Below are positions 1 to 10,204 of a stretch of 64,000 nucleotides of DNA, piece after piece. Within the stretch, counting starts at the first letter, position 1; every line of letters begins with the position of its first letter. The notes under the pieces were generated by a model. That model was given only the letters and a program-made list of their open reading frames with translations, did not search any database and had not been told where the DNA came from. Source of the stretch: an uncultured Verrucomicrobiae bacterium (GTDB lineage: Bacteria; Verrucomicrobiota; Verrucomicrobiia; Limisphaerales; Palsa-1400); the NCBI GenBank assembly GCA_963707025.1, contig CAVPOM010000004.1, positions 832,001-896,000 of the forward strand. Reading direction: 5' to 3'. Position numbers and translations under genes: made by a program.

Positions 1-1746
1 GAAGGCGGCCCCGCCCAGCACGGACGGTTCGTAAAAGATCCGGCCGTGATGATCGGCCACGATTTGATGGGAGATGGACAGGCCCAGGCCGGTGCCGGCG
101 CCCACGGCCTTGGTGGTGAAAAACGGCTCGAATATTCTTGAGACCAGATGGGCCGGCACGCCCGGTCCGTTGTCCTCGACCCGCGCTTGCACCAGCTCGC
201 CCTTGCGCCGGGTGGAGATTTTGATGTGCGGACTGTCGGTGTGCGGTTCGGTGGCTTGTTCGGCGTTGCGCCAGAGGTTGATGAAGACCCGCTCCAACTG
301 GCTGGAATGGCCGGTCATGGGCGGGCAATGGGGATCGAGTTGCAAGGTGCAGCGGAGGGCCTGGCCGGCGCGGGCCAGGCGTTGATTGTCGGCGATGGCG
401 GAGATCATCCGGTTCAAATCAATGGGCTCCATATCCTGGTTCTTACTGCGGGCCACGGCCAGGAAGTTGCGGATGAGCGCGGCGGCCCGGTTGCTTTCAT
501 TGATGACCCTCTGGATGTCGTTGCGCATGCGGCCGTCGCAGCCCGGCCGGGCCAGAATCAGCTCCAAATGGGCGTTCATAATGGCCAGCGGGTTGTTGAC
601 CTCGTGGGCGATGCCGGAGGCCAGTTGCCCCAGGGCGGAGAGCTTCTCCGCCTCGCGCAGTTGCTGCTCCAGGCGGGCGCGTTCGTTGAGTTCGCGCAGC
701 ACCAGATGATAGGCCGGTTTTCCTTCCAATTCCACGGCCGAGGAGGTGAGGTCCGCCATGACCGTTCTCCCGTCCAAACAGCGCAGGGCGACTTGGGGAC
801 TTTGGCTGAGCAAATCAAACCAGCGGACTTTTTCCCCGCCGTCAGGCAGCACCAGGAAGTCGCTGATCAGATGGGGGTCGGTGGTTCTGCTGGCGATGCC
901 CAGCAGGCGTTGCGCCGCGGGATTCCAATCCACAATCCGCAAATCGGCCGCATCCACCAGCACAATCCCCTCCTGGGCCTGCTGAAACAGGGTGCGGTAA
1001 CGCTCCTCCGCCAGGCTTACTTTGGTGGCCAGGCGGCTCTTTTCGACTGTGGCCGACTGCAGTTGTTCCTCGGTTTGCCGGTTGAGGCGGCGCGCCTCCT
1101 CCAGCACCAGGACGATCATGCTCACGGCGATGAGCAGTTGCAGGACAGCGGAGATAAAGAAGGCGGCCACCAGCAGTTGCAGGTTGCCCGCGACAAACGG
1201 GCATGCTGTCAGGTAGAACCCCCACAGGAGGAAGCCGAAGGCCAGCAGGCCCGCCCCGACAAAGCGGGTGGTGCGCCGCAGCCTGAAAAACGCCACGGCG
1301 CAGATCACGCTCGCCGCCCCCATCAAAGCGAAGACCGGCACACTGCCCCACAAGCGGTCCCGCACATGGAAGAATTCCACATAACTCCAGGTGAAAAGAA
1401 AGCCGGTGAAAAGAGCAATGAGGCGCTGGTTGTCGGCGCTGCCCAGAAATGAGGCACTACCCCACAGGAGAAAGACAGCGCTGCAATTCAGGCACCATTG
1501 CCGCAGCATCGCCAGCAGCGGGGTGCCGTCCGCATTGTAAAAATTGAGGCCCAGGGAAAGCCAGACGGCGTAAAACAACCAGGCCACGTTCCAAATGGCG
1601 AAATAGCGGCGCCGGGTGTAGTGATTGAGATAAAAAAACAGGATGACCAGCACCCAGACGCTCAACAGGGAAACGAGCAGTCCGGTGCGCAGGTACTCCG
1701 GCGGAATGGCCAGGCTGTCCACAATCCAATGTCCCATTGGTCTCAT
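1..1746 (-). CDS. Membrane-bound sensor histidine kinase (multi-TM N-terminus, PAS-like domain, HisKA, HATPase); 3' end runs off the window
   Basis: Manual minus-strand translation from the ATG at 1746 (absent from the ORF track because there is no stop in the window). Hydrophobic N-terminus, H-box [22 protein letters not shown], and [22 protein letters not shown] at the window edge. Confidence 0.9.
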   Translation of the reverse strand, partial: MRPMGHWIVDSLAIPPEYLRTGLLVSLLSVWVLVILFFYLNHYTRRRYFAIWNVAWLFYAVWLSLGLNFYNADGTPLLAMLRQWCLNCSAVFLLWGSASFLGSADNQRLIALFTGFLFTWSYVEFFHVRDRLWGSVPVFALMGAASVICAVAFFRLRRTTRFVGAGLLAFGFLLWGFYLTACPFVAGNLQLLVAAFFISAVLQLLIAVSMIVLVLEEARRLNRQTEEQLQSATVEKSRLATKVSLAEERYRTLFQQAQEGIVLVDAADLRIVDWNPAAQRLLGIASRTTDPHLISDFLVLPDGGEKVRWFDLLSQSPQVALRCLDGRTVMADLTSSAVELEGKPAYHLVLRELNERARLEQQLREAEKLSALGQLASGIAHEVNNPLAIMNAHLELILARPGCDGRMRNDIQRVINESNRAAALIRNFLAVARSKNQDMEPIDLNRMISAIADNQRLARAGQALRCTLQLDPHCPPMTGHSSQLERVFINLWRNAEQATEPHTDSPHIKISTRRKGELVQARVEDNGPGVPAHLVSRIFEPFFTTKAVGAGTGLGLSISHQIVADHHGRIFYEPSVLGGAAF

Positions 1747-1832
1747 AATGCGGTGTCTCAATGGCTAACCAACTTCTTCGGGAGCAGGAAGAATGCCAAT
1801 GGACACCAACGCCCAGGAAGGCCAAAGCCGCC

Positions 1833-2291
1833 TCAACCCTTCATACATTCGGGATATTGCCGCATCAGGCCCCAACCGATGTCGGTATGGCTGATGGTGC
1901 CCACGATCTGATGGTTGCGCACCACTGGCAACTGCTTGACACGGCGGGCCATCATGGTCGCCCCGGCCTTGAGCGCCTGGAGATCGGGGGAGACGGTGAT
2001 GACGTTCTTGGTCATGACCTCCTCGACGGGAAGATGGGCGATGTCCTTGAAGCGATCTTCCATCAACTGCGGAGTGGTCAGGTACTCCTCATGTTCCATC
2101 AGTTCTTTTTGCGTGGGAAGCAGTTTGCGGCTGAGATCCGTGTAGGTGACAATGCCAGCCAGCTTCTGCTCGCTGTCCACGACCAGAATATGACTCAGAT
2201 GATAGCGGAGCATCAGTTGCAGAATTTCCCATAGCGCCGTCTTGGGGCCGACGGTGATCAGTTGGGGATTCATCAATTCGAGGACTTTCAT
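1833..2291 (-). CDS. Tandem CBS-domain protein
   Basis: 152 aa with two CBS repeats (LMNPQLITV...LAGIVTYTDL; VMTKNVITVSPD...QLPVVRNHQIVGTISHTDI). Confidence 0.88.
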   Translation of the reverse strand: MKVLELMNPQLITVGPKTALWEILQLMLRYHLSHILVVDSEQKLAGIVTYTDLSRKLLPTQKELMEHEEYLTTPQLMEDRFKDIAHLPVEEVMTKNVITVSPDLQALKAGATMMARRVKQLPVVRNHQIVGTISHTDIGWGLMRQYPECMKG

Positions 2292-2396
2292 TTTTGTGGA
2301 ACGAAGGGGCTCACGGCGCCGCCTGAGAAGAAGGGGCTTCTGGACGCCGGCGCGGCCAGGGAGAATTGGTTTTGGCGGGCGATCATTTTTTGCAGC

Positions 2397-4914
2397 CTAT
2401 TCGGCTGGAGCGGGGGTCGCCGCCGCCGCCGCCGATGTCTTCTGCCGGAAGACGAGCTTGCCGTCTTGCACGGTGACGACAATCGGCTCGTTGGGGTGGA
2501 GGCTGCCTTTCAAGATTTCCTCGGCCAGCGGGTCCTCCAGGTTGCGTTCCACCGCCCGGCGCATGGGACGGGCGCCGTTGGTCGGATCATAACCCTTCTC
2601 CAGCAGAAAATCCCGGGCCGTGTCATCCAGGCTCAATTGCAGTTGCCGGCCCTTGAGACGCAGCATCACTTTGGAGATTTCCAGTTGGAGAATTTCCACC
2701 AGTTCCGGCCTGGTCAGCGAACGGAAAACGATGGCGTCGTCCAGGCGGTTGAGAAATTCGGGGCGGAAGATGCGCTTGGCTTCGTCCATGATTTTCTCCT
2801 TCATCTTGTCGTAGCTGTGTTCCTCCGAAGCGGGGGAAAAGCCCATGGTGGTCTGGCGCCGGATCAGGTCGGCACCGACGTTGGAGGTGAGGAGGATGAT
2901 GGTGTTGCGGAAGCTGACCACCCGGCCGATGTTGTCGGTCAGTTTGCCTTCCTCCAGAATCTGCAGGAGCATGTTCATCACATCCGGGTGGGCCTTTTCA
3001 ATTTCGTCAAACAGCACCACCGAGTAGGGACGGCGGCGGACCTGCTCGGTGAGCTGGCCGCCTTCCTCGAAGCCGACATAACCGGGGGGCGAACCGACCA
3101 TGCGGGAGGCATTGTGGCGTTCCATGTATTCGCTCATGTCCAGTTGAATGAGGGCCTTGGGGTCGCCAAACAAAACTTCGGCCAGGGTTTTGGCCAGGAG
3201 TGTCTTGCCCACGCCGGTGGGGCCGAGCAGGGCGAAGGTGCCGATGGGCCGGCGCGGGTCTTTCAGGTCGGCCCGCGAGCGGCGCAGCGCCTGGCACAAG
3301 GCGGTGACCGCCTCTTTCTGGCCGATGATGATGTGGGACATTTCCTGTTCCAGGGCGAGCAAGCGCTGCGCTTCTCCCTCCTCCATCCGCTTCAAGGGGA
3401 TGCCGGTCCACTTGGAAACCACTTGTAAAATATCCTCCTCGCCCACCACGACGCGTTTGTCTTCGCGGCTGGCGCGCCAGGCGGCCAGCACGGCGTCGAG
3501 TTTTTCCTTGGCGTGCTTCTCCTTGTCGCGCATGGCGGCCGCGCCTTCAAAATCCTGGTCCTTGATGGCCCGCTCCTTTTGCGTCTTGATGCTTTCAATC
3601 TCCGCCTCCAAATCCTTGACTTCGGGCGGCCGGGTCATGCTGCCGATGCGGGCGCGCGAACCGGCCTCGTCCATGACATCAATGGCCTTGTCGGGCAAAT
3701 AGCGGTCGGTGATATAGCGGTCGGCCATTTTGACGGCGGCTTCGATGGCCTGGTCGGTGATCTCGGCCTTGTGATGCTCTTCGTATTTGGGCCGGAGTCC
3801 CTTTAAAATGAGCAAGGCTTCCTCCACCGAAGGGGCTTCCACCTTGACCACCTGGAAACGGCGTTCCAAGGCGGCGTCCTTTTCGATGTATTTGCGGTAT
3901 TCGTTCAAGGTGGTGGCGCCGATGCACTGCATTTCACCGCGGCTGAGGGCCGGCTTGATGATGTTGGAGGCATCCATGGTGCCTTCGGCCGAGCCGGCGC
4001 CGACAATGGTGTGCAGCTCGTCAATGAAAAGAATAATGCTCTTGGCCCGGCGGATTTCATCCATCACCGCCTTGATCCGCTCCTCAAACTGGCCGCGGTA
4101 TTTGGTCCCGGCCACCATCAGGGCCAGGTCCAAAGTGATGACCCGTTTGTCGCGGAGGATTTCGGGAACGTTGCCGCGGGCGATTTCCTGGGCCAGGCCT
4201 TCCACGATGGCCGTCTTGCCCACGCCGGCCTCGCCCAGCAGCACCGGGTTGTTCTTGGTGCGACGGCAAAGGATCTGGATGACGCGCTCGATTTCATTCT
4301 GGCGTCCGATGACCGGGTCCATTTCGCCCTTGCGCGCGATCTCGGTCAGGTCGCGGCCAAAGGCCTTCAAGGCGGGCGTTTTGACCTCGCCTTTTTTTTC
4401 CGGGGCTTTCTCCGGCGGCGGCTCGGGGCTTCCCGCCGGCCTGGGGTTCCTCGCCCGAGGCAAAATTAGGGTCCAATTCCTTCAAAATCTCCTGGCGCGT
4501 CTGTTCGATGTCCACATCCAGGTCTTTGAGAACGCGCGCGGCCACCCCATCCCCTTCGCGCAACAAGCCCAAAAGAATATGTTCTGTGCCCACGTAAGTA
4601 TGATTGAGGTTTTTGGCCTCCTTGGCCGCCAGGGCCAGGACTTTCTTGACCCGCGGCGTGTAAGGGATGTTGCCGATCATTTTCTGGTCCGGCCCGGTGC
4701 CGACCGCCTTTTCCACCGCCATGCGGACGGTTTCCAAGTCCAGGCCGAGCTTTTGCAGCACATTGACGGCGACGCCCTGTCCCAATTTGATCAGGCCGAG
4801 CAAAAGATGTTCGGTGCCGACGAAGTTGTGGTTGAAGCGGTCGGCTTCTTTGCGCGCCAGGGCCAGCACTTGCTGCGCGCGCGGCGTAAAATTGTTGGTG
4901 GCCTCGTCACTCAT
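2397..4914 (-). CDS. clpC: ATP-dependent Clp protease ATP-binding subunit ClpC, split by one frameshift near 4392-4460
   Basis: ORF 4294..4914 carries the Clp N-terminal repeats ([22 protein letters not shown]). ORF 2397..4463 carries two AAA+ modules ([16 protein letters not shown]) and a UVR-type middle region. Removing one base from the T8 run at 4392-4399 joins the two. Lies directly downstream of mcsB. Confidence 0.93.
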
Positions 4915-4931
4915 ATTTCAGCTTAGCTCTG

Positions 4932-6041
4932 TTAATTTCGCTTGTCCAGCGGATGGGCGCCGGCGCCGGGGGTTTTCGGGCTGGGCCGTCCGACCTGGCG
5001 CAATCGTTCCCGCAACATATCCGCCCGCAGCACGTCCCGTTCCTCCGCCGCCAGTTTCTCGGTAAATTGTTTTTGCAAGTGGGCCGGCTGGGTCACCACG
5101 AACAGCTCGTCAATCAGCGCCCGCTCGGCCCCCGGAAACATTTCCAGGTCCACCCCCAGCCGCATCAGGGAAAGCAGGTTCATGGTCTCCTTGGAGGAGA
5201 TAATATGGGTGTTGGCCAAAATGCCGTAGGCGCGCCCGATATGATTGAACACCATTTTGGGCTTTTGCTCCAGCAACTTGGCCCGGGCGTTTTCTTCGTG
5301 CTCGATGATTTGCTGCAGGACCTTGTTCAGGCGGTCCACGATGTCCGTTTCCTGCTCGCCCAGGGTCATTTGGTTGGAAACCTGGAAGACATTCCCCAGC
5401 GCCTCGGTCCCTTCCCCGTAAAGCCCGCGCACGGCCAGGCCCAGTTTGTTGACCGAGGCAATGATCTGGTTGATCTGCTCGGCCAAAACCAGGCCGGGCA
5501 GATGGAGCATGGCGCTGACCCGGATGCCGGTGCCCAGGTTGGTGGGGCAGGCGGTCAAGTAGCCCAACTCCGGGCTGAAGGCGTAGTCCAGCTTGGTTTC
5601 CAGATCGGTATCCACCTGGTCAATGGCCAGCCAGGCCTGTTTGAGCTGCAAACCGGGGCGCAGGGCCTGCATGCGCAAATGATCTTCTTCATTGATCATC
5701 ACGCAGAGCGATTCTTCCTTGTTCAGAACCAGCCCGCTGCCCGCCCCCTTGGCCTGATGCTCCCGGCTGATGAGATGGCGCTCGACCAGGATCATTTTGT
5801 CCAGCGGCCCCAGATTGTCCATCGTTTCGGAAAAGGCGTTGGCCAATTGCGGCAGGCTTTCCACCGCCGGCCGGATCGCTTCCAAGGTCTTGATGCGCTC
5901 AGCTTTTTTCGCCCAGCCGGGAAAGGCCACCCCGCGCAAATTGCGCGCCAGCCGCACGCGGCTGGAAAGAACAATGCGGTCATGCGGCCCGGTGCGGCGG
6001 GCCGTTTCAACCGGCGAGGTCAGAAATTCTTGAAGGGTCAT
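4932..6041 (-). CDS. mcsB: Protein arginine kinase McsB
   Basis: ATP:guanido phosphotransferase motifs SSRVRLARNL, INEEDHLR and GYLTACPTNLGTG; located between mcsA and clpC. Confidence 0.95.
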   Translation of the reverse strand: MTLQEFLTSPVETARRTGPHDRIVLSSRVRLARNLRGVAFPGWAKKAERIKTLEAIRPAVESLPQLANAFSETMDNLGPLDKMILVERHLISREHQAKGAGSGLVLNKEESLCVMINEEDHLRMQALRPGLQLKQAWLAIDQVDTDLETKLDYAFSPELGYLTACPTNLGTGIRVSAMLHLPGLVLAEQINQIIASVNKLGLAVRGLYGEGTEALGNVFQVSNQMTLGEQETDIVDRLNKVLQQIIEHEENARAKLLEQKPKMVFNHIGRAYGILANTHIISSKETMNLLSLMRLGVDLEMFPGAERALIDELFVVTQPAHLQKQFTEKLAAEERDVLRADMLRERLRQVGRPSPKTPGAGAHPLDKRN

Positions 6042-6556
6042 GGCTTGACTCCTGGCGCCAGGTGCTCGATTTGGTCCCGCGTGCTGCGAATTTCATCGCG
6101 CAAACTGGCCGCCTGCTCGAAGTCCTCGTCCGTGACCGCGCGATCCAGTTTCTTTTGCAACTGTTTGAGGCGGTCGGCCAGATCGCGGCTTTGGCGCTGG
6201 GAATGGGGCGCCTTGCCCACATGCTTGGTGCCTTTGTGCATGGTTTTGAGCAGGTTGTCCAGGCTCTCCGCAAAGGTGACATAGCACTGCGAGCACCCCA
6301 GCCGCCCCGCCTTCTTGAAATCCGCCGCCGTAAAACCGCAACCGGCGCATTTGAGGTCCTCCCCGCCGCCGGCCTGGGCCATCTCCTGCGAGGCGCCCAA
6401 ACCCATCAACAAGTCGGCGATGGCAAAGCCGGCGGTGTCATTGATGCCCTTGTGCTTGGCACAATCCTCGCACAAGTCCACCTTCTTGATTTTGTCATCC
6501 ACAATCTGGGTCAGGTGGACCTGGGCGGCGTTCTGTTTGCAAATCATGCAGAGCAT
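6038..6556 (-). CDS. mcsA: McsA (CxxC zinc motifs plus UVR domain), activator of McsB
   Basis: Four CxxC motifs (CMIC, CEDC, CAGC, CSQC) and the UVR motif EDFEQAASLRDEI. Stop overlaps the mcsB start; ATG at 6556 preferred over 6586. Confidence 0.93.
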   Translation of the reverse strand: MLCMICKQNAAQVHLTQIVDDKIKKVDLCEDCAKHKGINDTAGFAIADLLMGLGASQEMAQAGGGEDLKCAGCGFTAADFKKAGRLGCSQCYVTFAESLDNLLKTMHKGTKHVGKAPHSQRQSRDLADRLKQLQKKLDRAVTDEDFEQAASLRDEIRSTRDQIEHLAPGVKP

Positions 6557-6685
6557 ACAATCACCTTCGAAATTGGAACGATACACCGATCACTGTCTTT
6601 TACACCATAATTCAGCCCGGAACCAATATCAAATTTCCTCTCCGCCGGACGCCCGCCAGGACGGACCCCGCAGTGGGCCCCATTC

Positions 6686-7558
6686 CTACGGATATATCGG
6701 CTCCCCGGAACTTTTCGTTAAGGTCTGGTATTGTCCGATGAGCCGGCCCGTCACCGGGCCTGGCTTGCCGCGGCCGATCACCCGGCCATCTATCTTGACC
6801 ACCGCGATAATCTCCGCCCCGGTGCCGGTCAGAAAACATTCGTCGGCGTTGAACAAATCGTAGCGCGTCAAATTGGGCTCGCTCACCGCCATGCCGTTTT
6901 CACGCGCCAAGTCCATCACCACCCCGCGGGTGATGCCGTGCAAGGCCCCCGCCGAGAGCGGCGGCGTATAAAGATGGTCCCCTTTGACGATGAAGATATT
7001 GTCTCCGGTGCATTCGGCCACATACCCCGCGGCGTTGAGCAGGACGGCCTCCTCGCAGCCGCCGTTGAGGGCCTCGATCTTGGCCAGGATATTGTTGAGA
7101 TAATTGAGCGATTTGATCGCCGGATTGACCGCGCTGTGCAGATTGCGCACGGTCGGCACGGTGATGATCTCCAGCCCCCGCTGGTAGAGCTTGGCCGGAT
7201 AAAGCTGGATTTTGTCCGCGATGATGATGACCGACGGAGCTTTGCAGTGGTAGGGATTCAACCCCAGCGACCCGATGCCGCGCGTCACCACCAGCCGGAT
7301 GTAGCCGTCGCGCAGCCGGTTGCGGCGGCAGGCGGCCAGCACGGCCTGCTTCATGGCGCGGGGCGTCAGCGGCATGGGCAGCAGGATCGCCTTGGCGGAG
7401 TAATAGAGCCGGTCAATGTGTTCGGACAGTTTGAAGACGCTCCCGTTGTAGGCGCGAATGCCCTCGAAAACTCCGTCGCCGTAAAGCAATCCGTGATCCA
7501 GCACGGAGATGCGGGCGTTTTTCGGGTCGTAGTATTTTCCGTCAATGTATATTTTCAT
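6686..7558 (-). CDS. ilvE: Branched-chain amino acid aminotransferase (class IV PLP)
   Basis: DHGLLYGDGVFEGIR, IKSLNYLNN, ECTGDNIFIV, ADECFLTGTGAEI. Confidence 0.93.
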   Translation of the reverse strand: MKIYIDGKYYDPKNARISVLDHGLLYGDGVFEGIRAYNGSVFKLSEHIDRLYYSAKAILLPMPLTPRAMKQAVLAACRRNRLRDGYIRLVVTRGIGSLGLNPYHCKAPSVIIIADKIQLYPAKLYQRGLEIITVPTVRNLHSAVNPAIKSLNYLNNILAKIEALNGGCEEAVLLNAAGYVAECTGDNIFIVKGDHLYTPPLSAGALHGITRGVVMDLARENGMAVSEPNLTRYDLFNADECFLTGTGAEIIAVVKIDGRVIGRGKPGPVTGRLIGQYQTLTKSSGEPIYP

Positions 7559-7610
7559 GCCATTGGCCAGTCAACTTAGGGCAATCCACCCGCATTTCAA
7601 GGCGCAAAGT

Positions 7611-8489
7611 TCAATCCTGGCGGCCCGGCGCGGGCGCGGCCAGTTTGGCCCGCGTTTCCTGGATGGACTTTTCGATGGCCTCCTTATTGGGGGAAAGGGC
7701 CTTCAGGGCCTCCAAATCAACCAGCAGTTGTTTGAGATCCTGCTGCTCCTCATCCGCGCGGACCATTCCATCCAGGATTTCCACGCGGGCCTTGGGCGGC
7801 GGGTTCAACTTTGCGGCATCTTGTTTTTCCCACTCTTGCAGAGCCAGATCAAACTCGTTGCGGGCGAAGTGGGGATTCTTCTTATTGAACAAATAGACAT
7901 AGCCCAGCTCAAGGTAGATCTCGTAACTGTTGGGGTTGGCGCGCAAGCCTTCCCGGAGAAACTTTTCCGCTTCGTCGGGTTGGCCCAAGGTGCCGCGCAA
8001 CCAATAAGACGCTGTCAAATAAGTTTGAATGCGATGCGGATCCATGTCGGCAGAAAGACGGAGCCAAGGAAGTATCTCGCGCACTTTGGCGCCGGCCAGA
8101 TGAGTGTGCTCCGTCGGGAAAAAATGCCGGCCAAAACGCTCGATCCAATCCCGCGGCGGTCCGAGAAAGCCCCCGTCTTCGTCGGCTTCATGCCGCCGCC
8201 CGCTCGCCGGGGCGGGGTGATGGGTCTCCGCCTCCTCCTTCGAATTCACGTCCAGGTTGGCCTCATCTTCCGGCTTGTCGAAGATGGTCGGGTAATAGCC
8301 GCTGTGAAAATACACATCCGCCTCGACAAAGAACTGATTGGCGAAAAGTCGCCGGCTCTCTCCCATCAGCGTCGCCATGAATCCGGTGTCCTCCTCCGTT
8401 TGAGGCCGCAGCTTGTCCATGCGGGGTTCCAGCACGGTGGCCAGGGTGAAACAACCGACGAAAAGGAGTGTCAGGACAAGCCGGATCAT
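7611..8489 (-). CDS. Membrane-anchored TPR-like protein associated with the ABC transporter
   Basis: ATG at 8489 overlaps the permease stop. N-terminal TM helix, ADVYFHSG motif, helical repeats (EAEKFLREGLRANPNSYEIYLELG). Confidence 0.7.
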   Translation of the reverse strand: MIRLVLTLLFVGCFTLATVLEPRMDKLRPQTEEDTGFMATLMGESRRLFANQFFVEADVYFHSGYYPTIFDKPEDEANLDVNSKEEAETHHPAPASGRRHEADEDGGFLGPPRDWIERFGRHFFPTEHTHLAGAKVREILPWLRLSADMDPHRIQTYLTASYWLRGTLGQPDEAEKFLREGLRANPNSYEIYLELGYVYLFNKKNPHFARNEFDLALQEWEKQDAAKLNPPPKARVEILDGMVRADEEQQDLKQLLVDLEALKALSPNKEAIEKSIQETRAKLAAPAPGRQD

Positions 8490-9268
8490 AAAGTGAGTGT
8501 CTTGCGCCGGAAGACCGTCCACGTCAGCCCCAGCAGCAATCCGGTGTAAAGCGCGCCGTAGAGCGTCGCCCCCGCCAGGTCCATCCAGCCAATCATCCCC
8601 CAATCCTGAACCACCAGATCGTGGACGTTGAAGTTCCATTCCAAGTGGGGCATGGCGTAATAAACGGCATAAACAATGTCGCCGCCGACTCCTCTCATGC
8701 CGCCGGCCACGCGATTGAGATGTCCGCCCACGAACAGTATGCCCACGACAGCAATGAAGCAGATCGTAATATTGGACGACTGGGCGGTAAACACCACCGA
8801 ACCCAACAGCACCAGCGCCACCACCATGGCCAGAAAAATAGCGTGAAGCCAGAAACCCTGAAAGAAGATCATGCCCGGCCAGGCGTGCTCGTGCGAACCG
8901 ATGATCAATCCGAAAAAAAAGTAAAACACCAACAGGGCAACGACACAGGCCAGCCAACACCCCGTAAATTTCCCCGCGATCAACTCCCAGCGGCTGACCG
9001 GTTTGGCCAGCAAGGGATAAATCGTGCGGCTCTCCCGTTCCGCCGGAATTTGCCGCGCCGCCGTGGTAATGGCGATGACCAGCGTGGAAATCCAGATGAG
9101 CAGCAGGCAGATTTCCTTGAGAAAGCGGACAATACCCGCATTGTCAAAAAAGCGCATCGAGCCCAGCACCAGCGTGATGAGCGCCGTCATGACAAACAGC
9201 ACGTAAAAATCCTTGCGCCGGTACAGCTCCTTGATCACCACCCCGGCCAGTGCCAACACGTTGTTCAT
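8486..9268 (-). CDS. ABC-2 type transporter permease
   Basis: About 6 TM segments; ERESRTIYPLLAKPVSRWELIAGKF signature. Confidence 0.88.
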   Translation of the reverse strand: MNNVLALAGVVIKELYRRKDFYVLFVMTALITLVLGSMRFFDNAGIVRFLKEICLLLIWISTLVIAITTAARQIPAERESRTIYPLLAKPVSRWELIAGKFTGCWLACVVALLVFYFFFGLIIGSHEHAWPGMIFFQGFWLHAIFLAMVVALVLLGSVVFTAQSSNITICFIAVVGILFVGGHLNRVAGGMRGVGGDIVYAVYYAMPHLEWNFNVHDLVVQDWGMIGWMDLAGATLYGALYTGLLLGLTWTVFRRKTLTL

Positions 9269-9269
9269 A

Positions 9270-10019
9270 TCACGCCTCCGCCTCGTAGCCGATGATTTTG
9301 AGAAAAATCTGTTCCAGATGACATTGGTATTGCCGCACCAGGTCGTCCACCTTCCCTTCCACCCGCAGGCGCCCTTCGTGCAAAATGGCCACCCGGTCGC
9401 AGATGGTTTCCACTTCCCCCAGCTCGTGCGACGAGAAAAAGACCGTTTTGCCCTGGTCCTTCAAGCGCTGGATGATCTGGCGGACCTTCATGCGCCCCAA
9501 CGGATCCAAGCCGCTGGTCGGCTCGTCCAATATCAGCAGATCCGGATCATTGATCAGCGCCTGGGCCAGTCCGACCCGCTGCTGCATCCCCTTGGAATGC
9601 GTTTTAATGAGCCGTTTGCGCGCTTCCTCCAAATCCACCAGTTTGAGCACCGCGTCAATCCGCTTTTCCCGCTCCGCCGGCGCGATGCGGAAAATGCGGG
9701 CATAAAACCGGAGCAGCTCCTCCGTGTTGAGAAACTTGTAATAATAAGTCAGTTCCGGCAGATACCCGATCCGCTGCCGGGCGATGGGCTGCCGCACATC
9801 CACGCCAAAAATCGCGGCCGACCCGCTGCTGGCATTGACGAAACCCAGCAGCACATTCATCGTCGTCGTCTTCCCCGCGCCGTTGGGTCCCAAAAATCCA
9901 AAAACCTCCCCAGACTGCACAGTCAGATTCAAGCCATCCACCGCCAGCTTGGTGCGCTGACCCAATTCCCGGCTGGGAAATTCCACCCGCAAATCTTTGA
10001 TTTCCAGGACCGTGTTCAC
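9270..10019 (-). CDS. ABC transporter ATP-binding protein
   Basis: Walker A GPNGAGKTT, signature SKGMQQR, Walker B LLILDEPTSGLD; GTG start at 10019 assumed. Confidence 0.93.
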   Translation of the reverse strand: MNTVLEIKDLRVEFPSRELGQRTKLAVDGLNLTVQSGEVFGFLGPNGAGKTTTMNVLLGFVNASSGSAAIFGVDVRQPIARQRIGYLPELTYYYKFLNTEELLRFYARIFRIAPAEREKRIDAVLKLVDLEEARKRLIKTHSKGMQQRVGLAQALINDPDLLILDEPTSGLDPLGRMKVRQIIQRLKDQGKTVFFSSHELGEVETICDRVAILHEGRLRVEGKVDDLVRQYQCHLEQIFLKIIGYEAEA

Positions 10020-10204
10020 CGCCCCACCATATAAACAGACCCCCGCCGTGACAAGCAATGAGTGAAGCGCGCGGGGTAATGCGCCAGTCATCGGTGGCAG
10101 GGCGGGCCCGAATTATCGGGACCCGCCGCCCAACGGTAGTGCGACGTTGATTCCTCCCAATGGCCGACGGCGGGTAGCAGAGTGCCCGCTACAGAGCTTC
10201 GACT

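Noticed and set aside
7611..8960. 449-aa version of the TPR-like ORF
   Set aside because: The extra 5' part overlaps the permease gene in another frame. The ATG at 8489, coupled to the permease stop, is more plausible.
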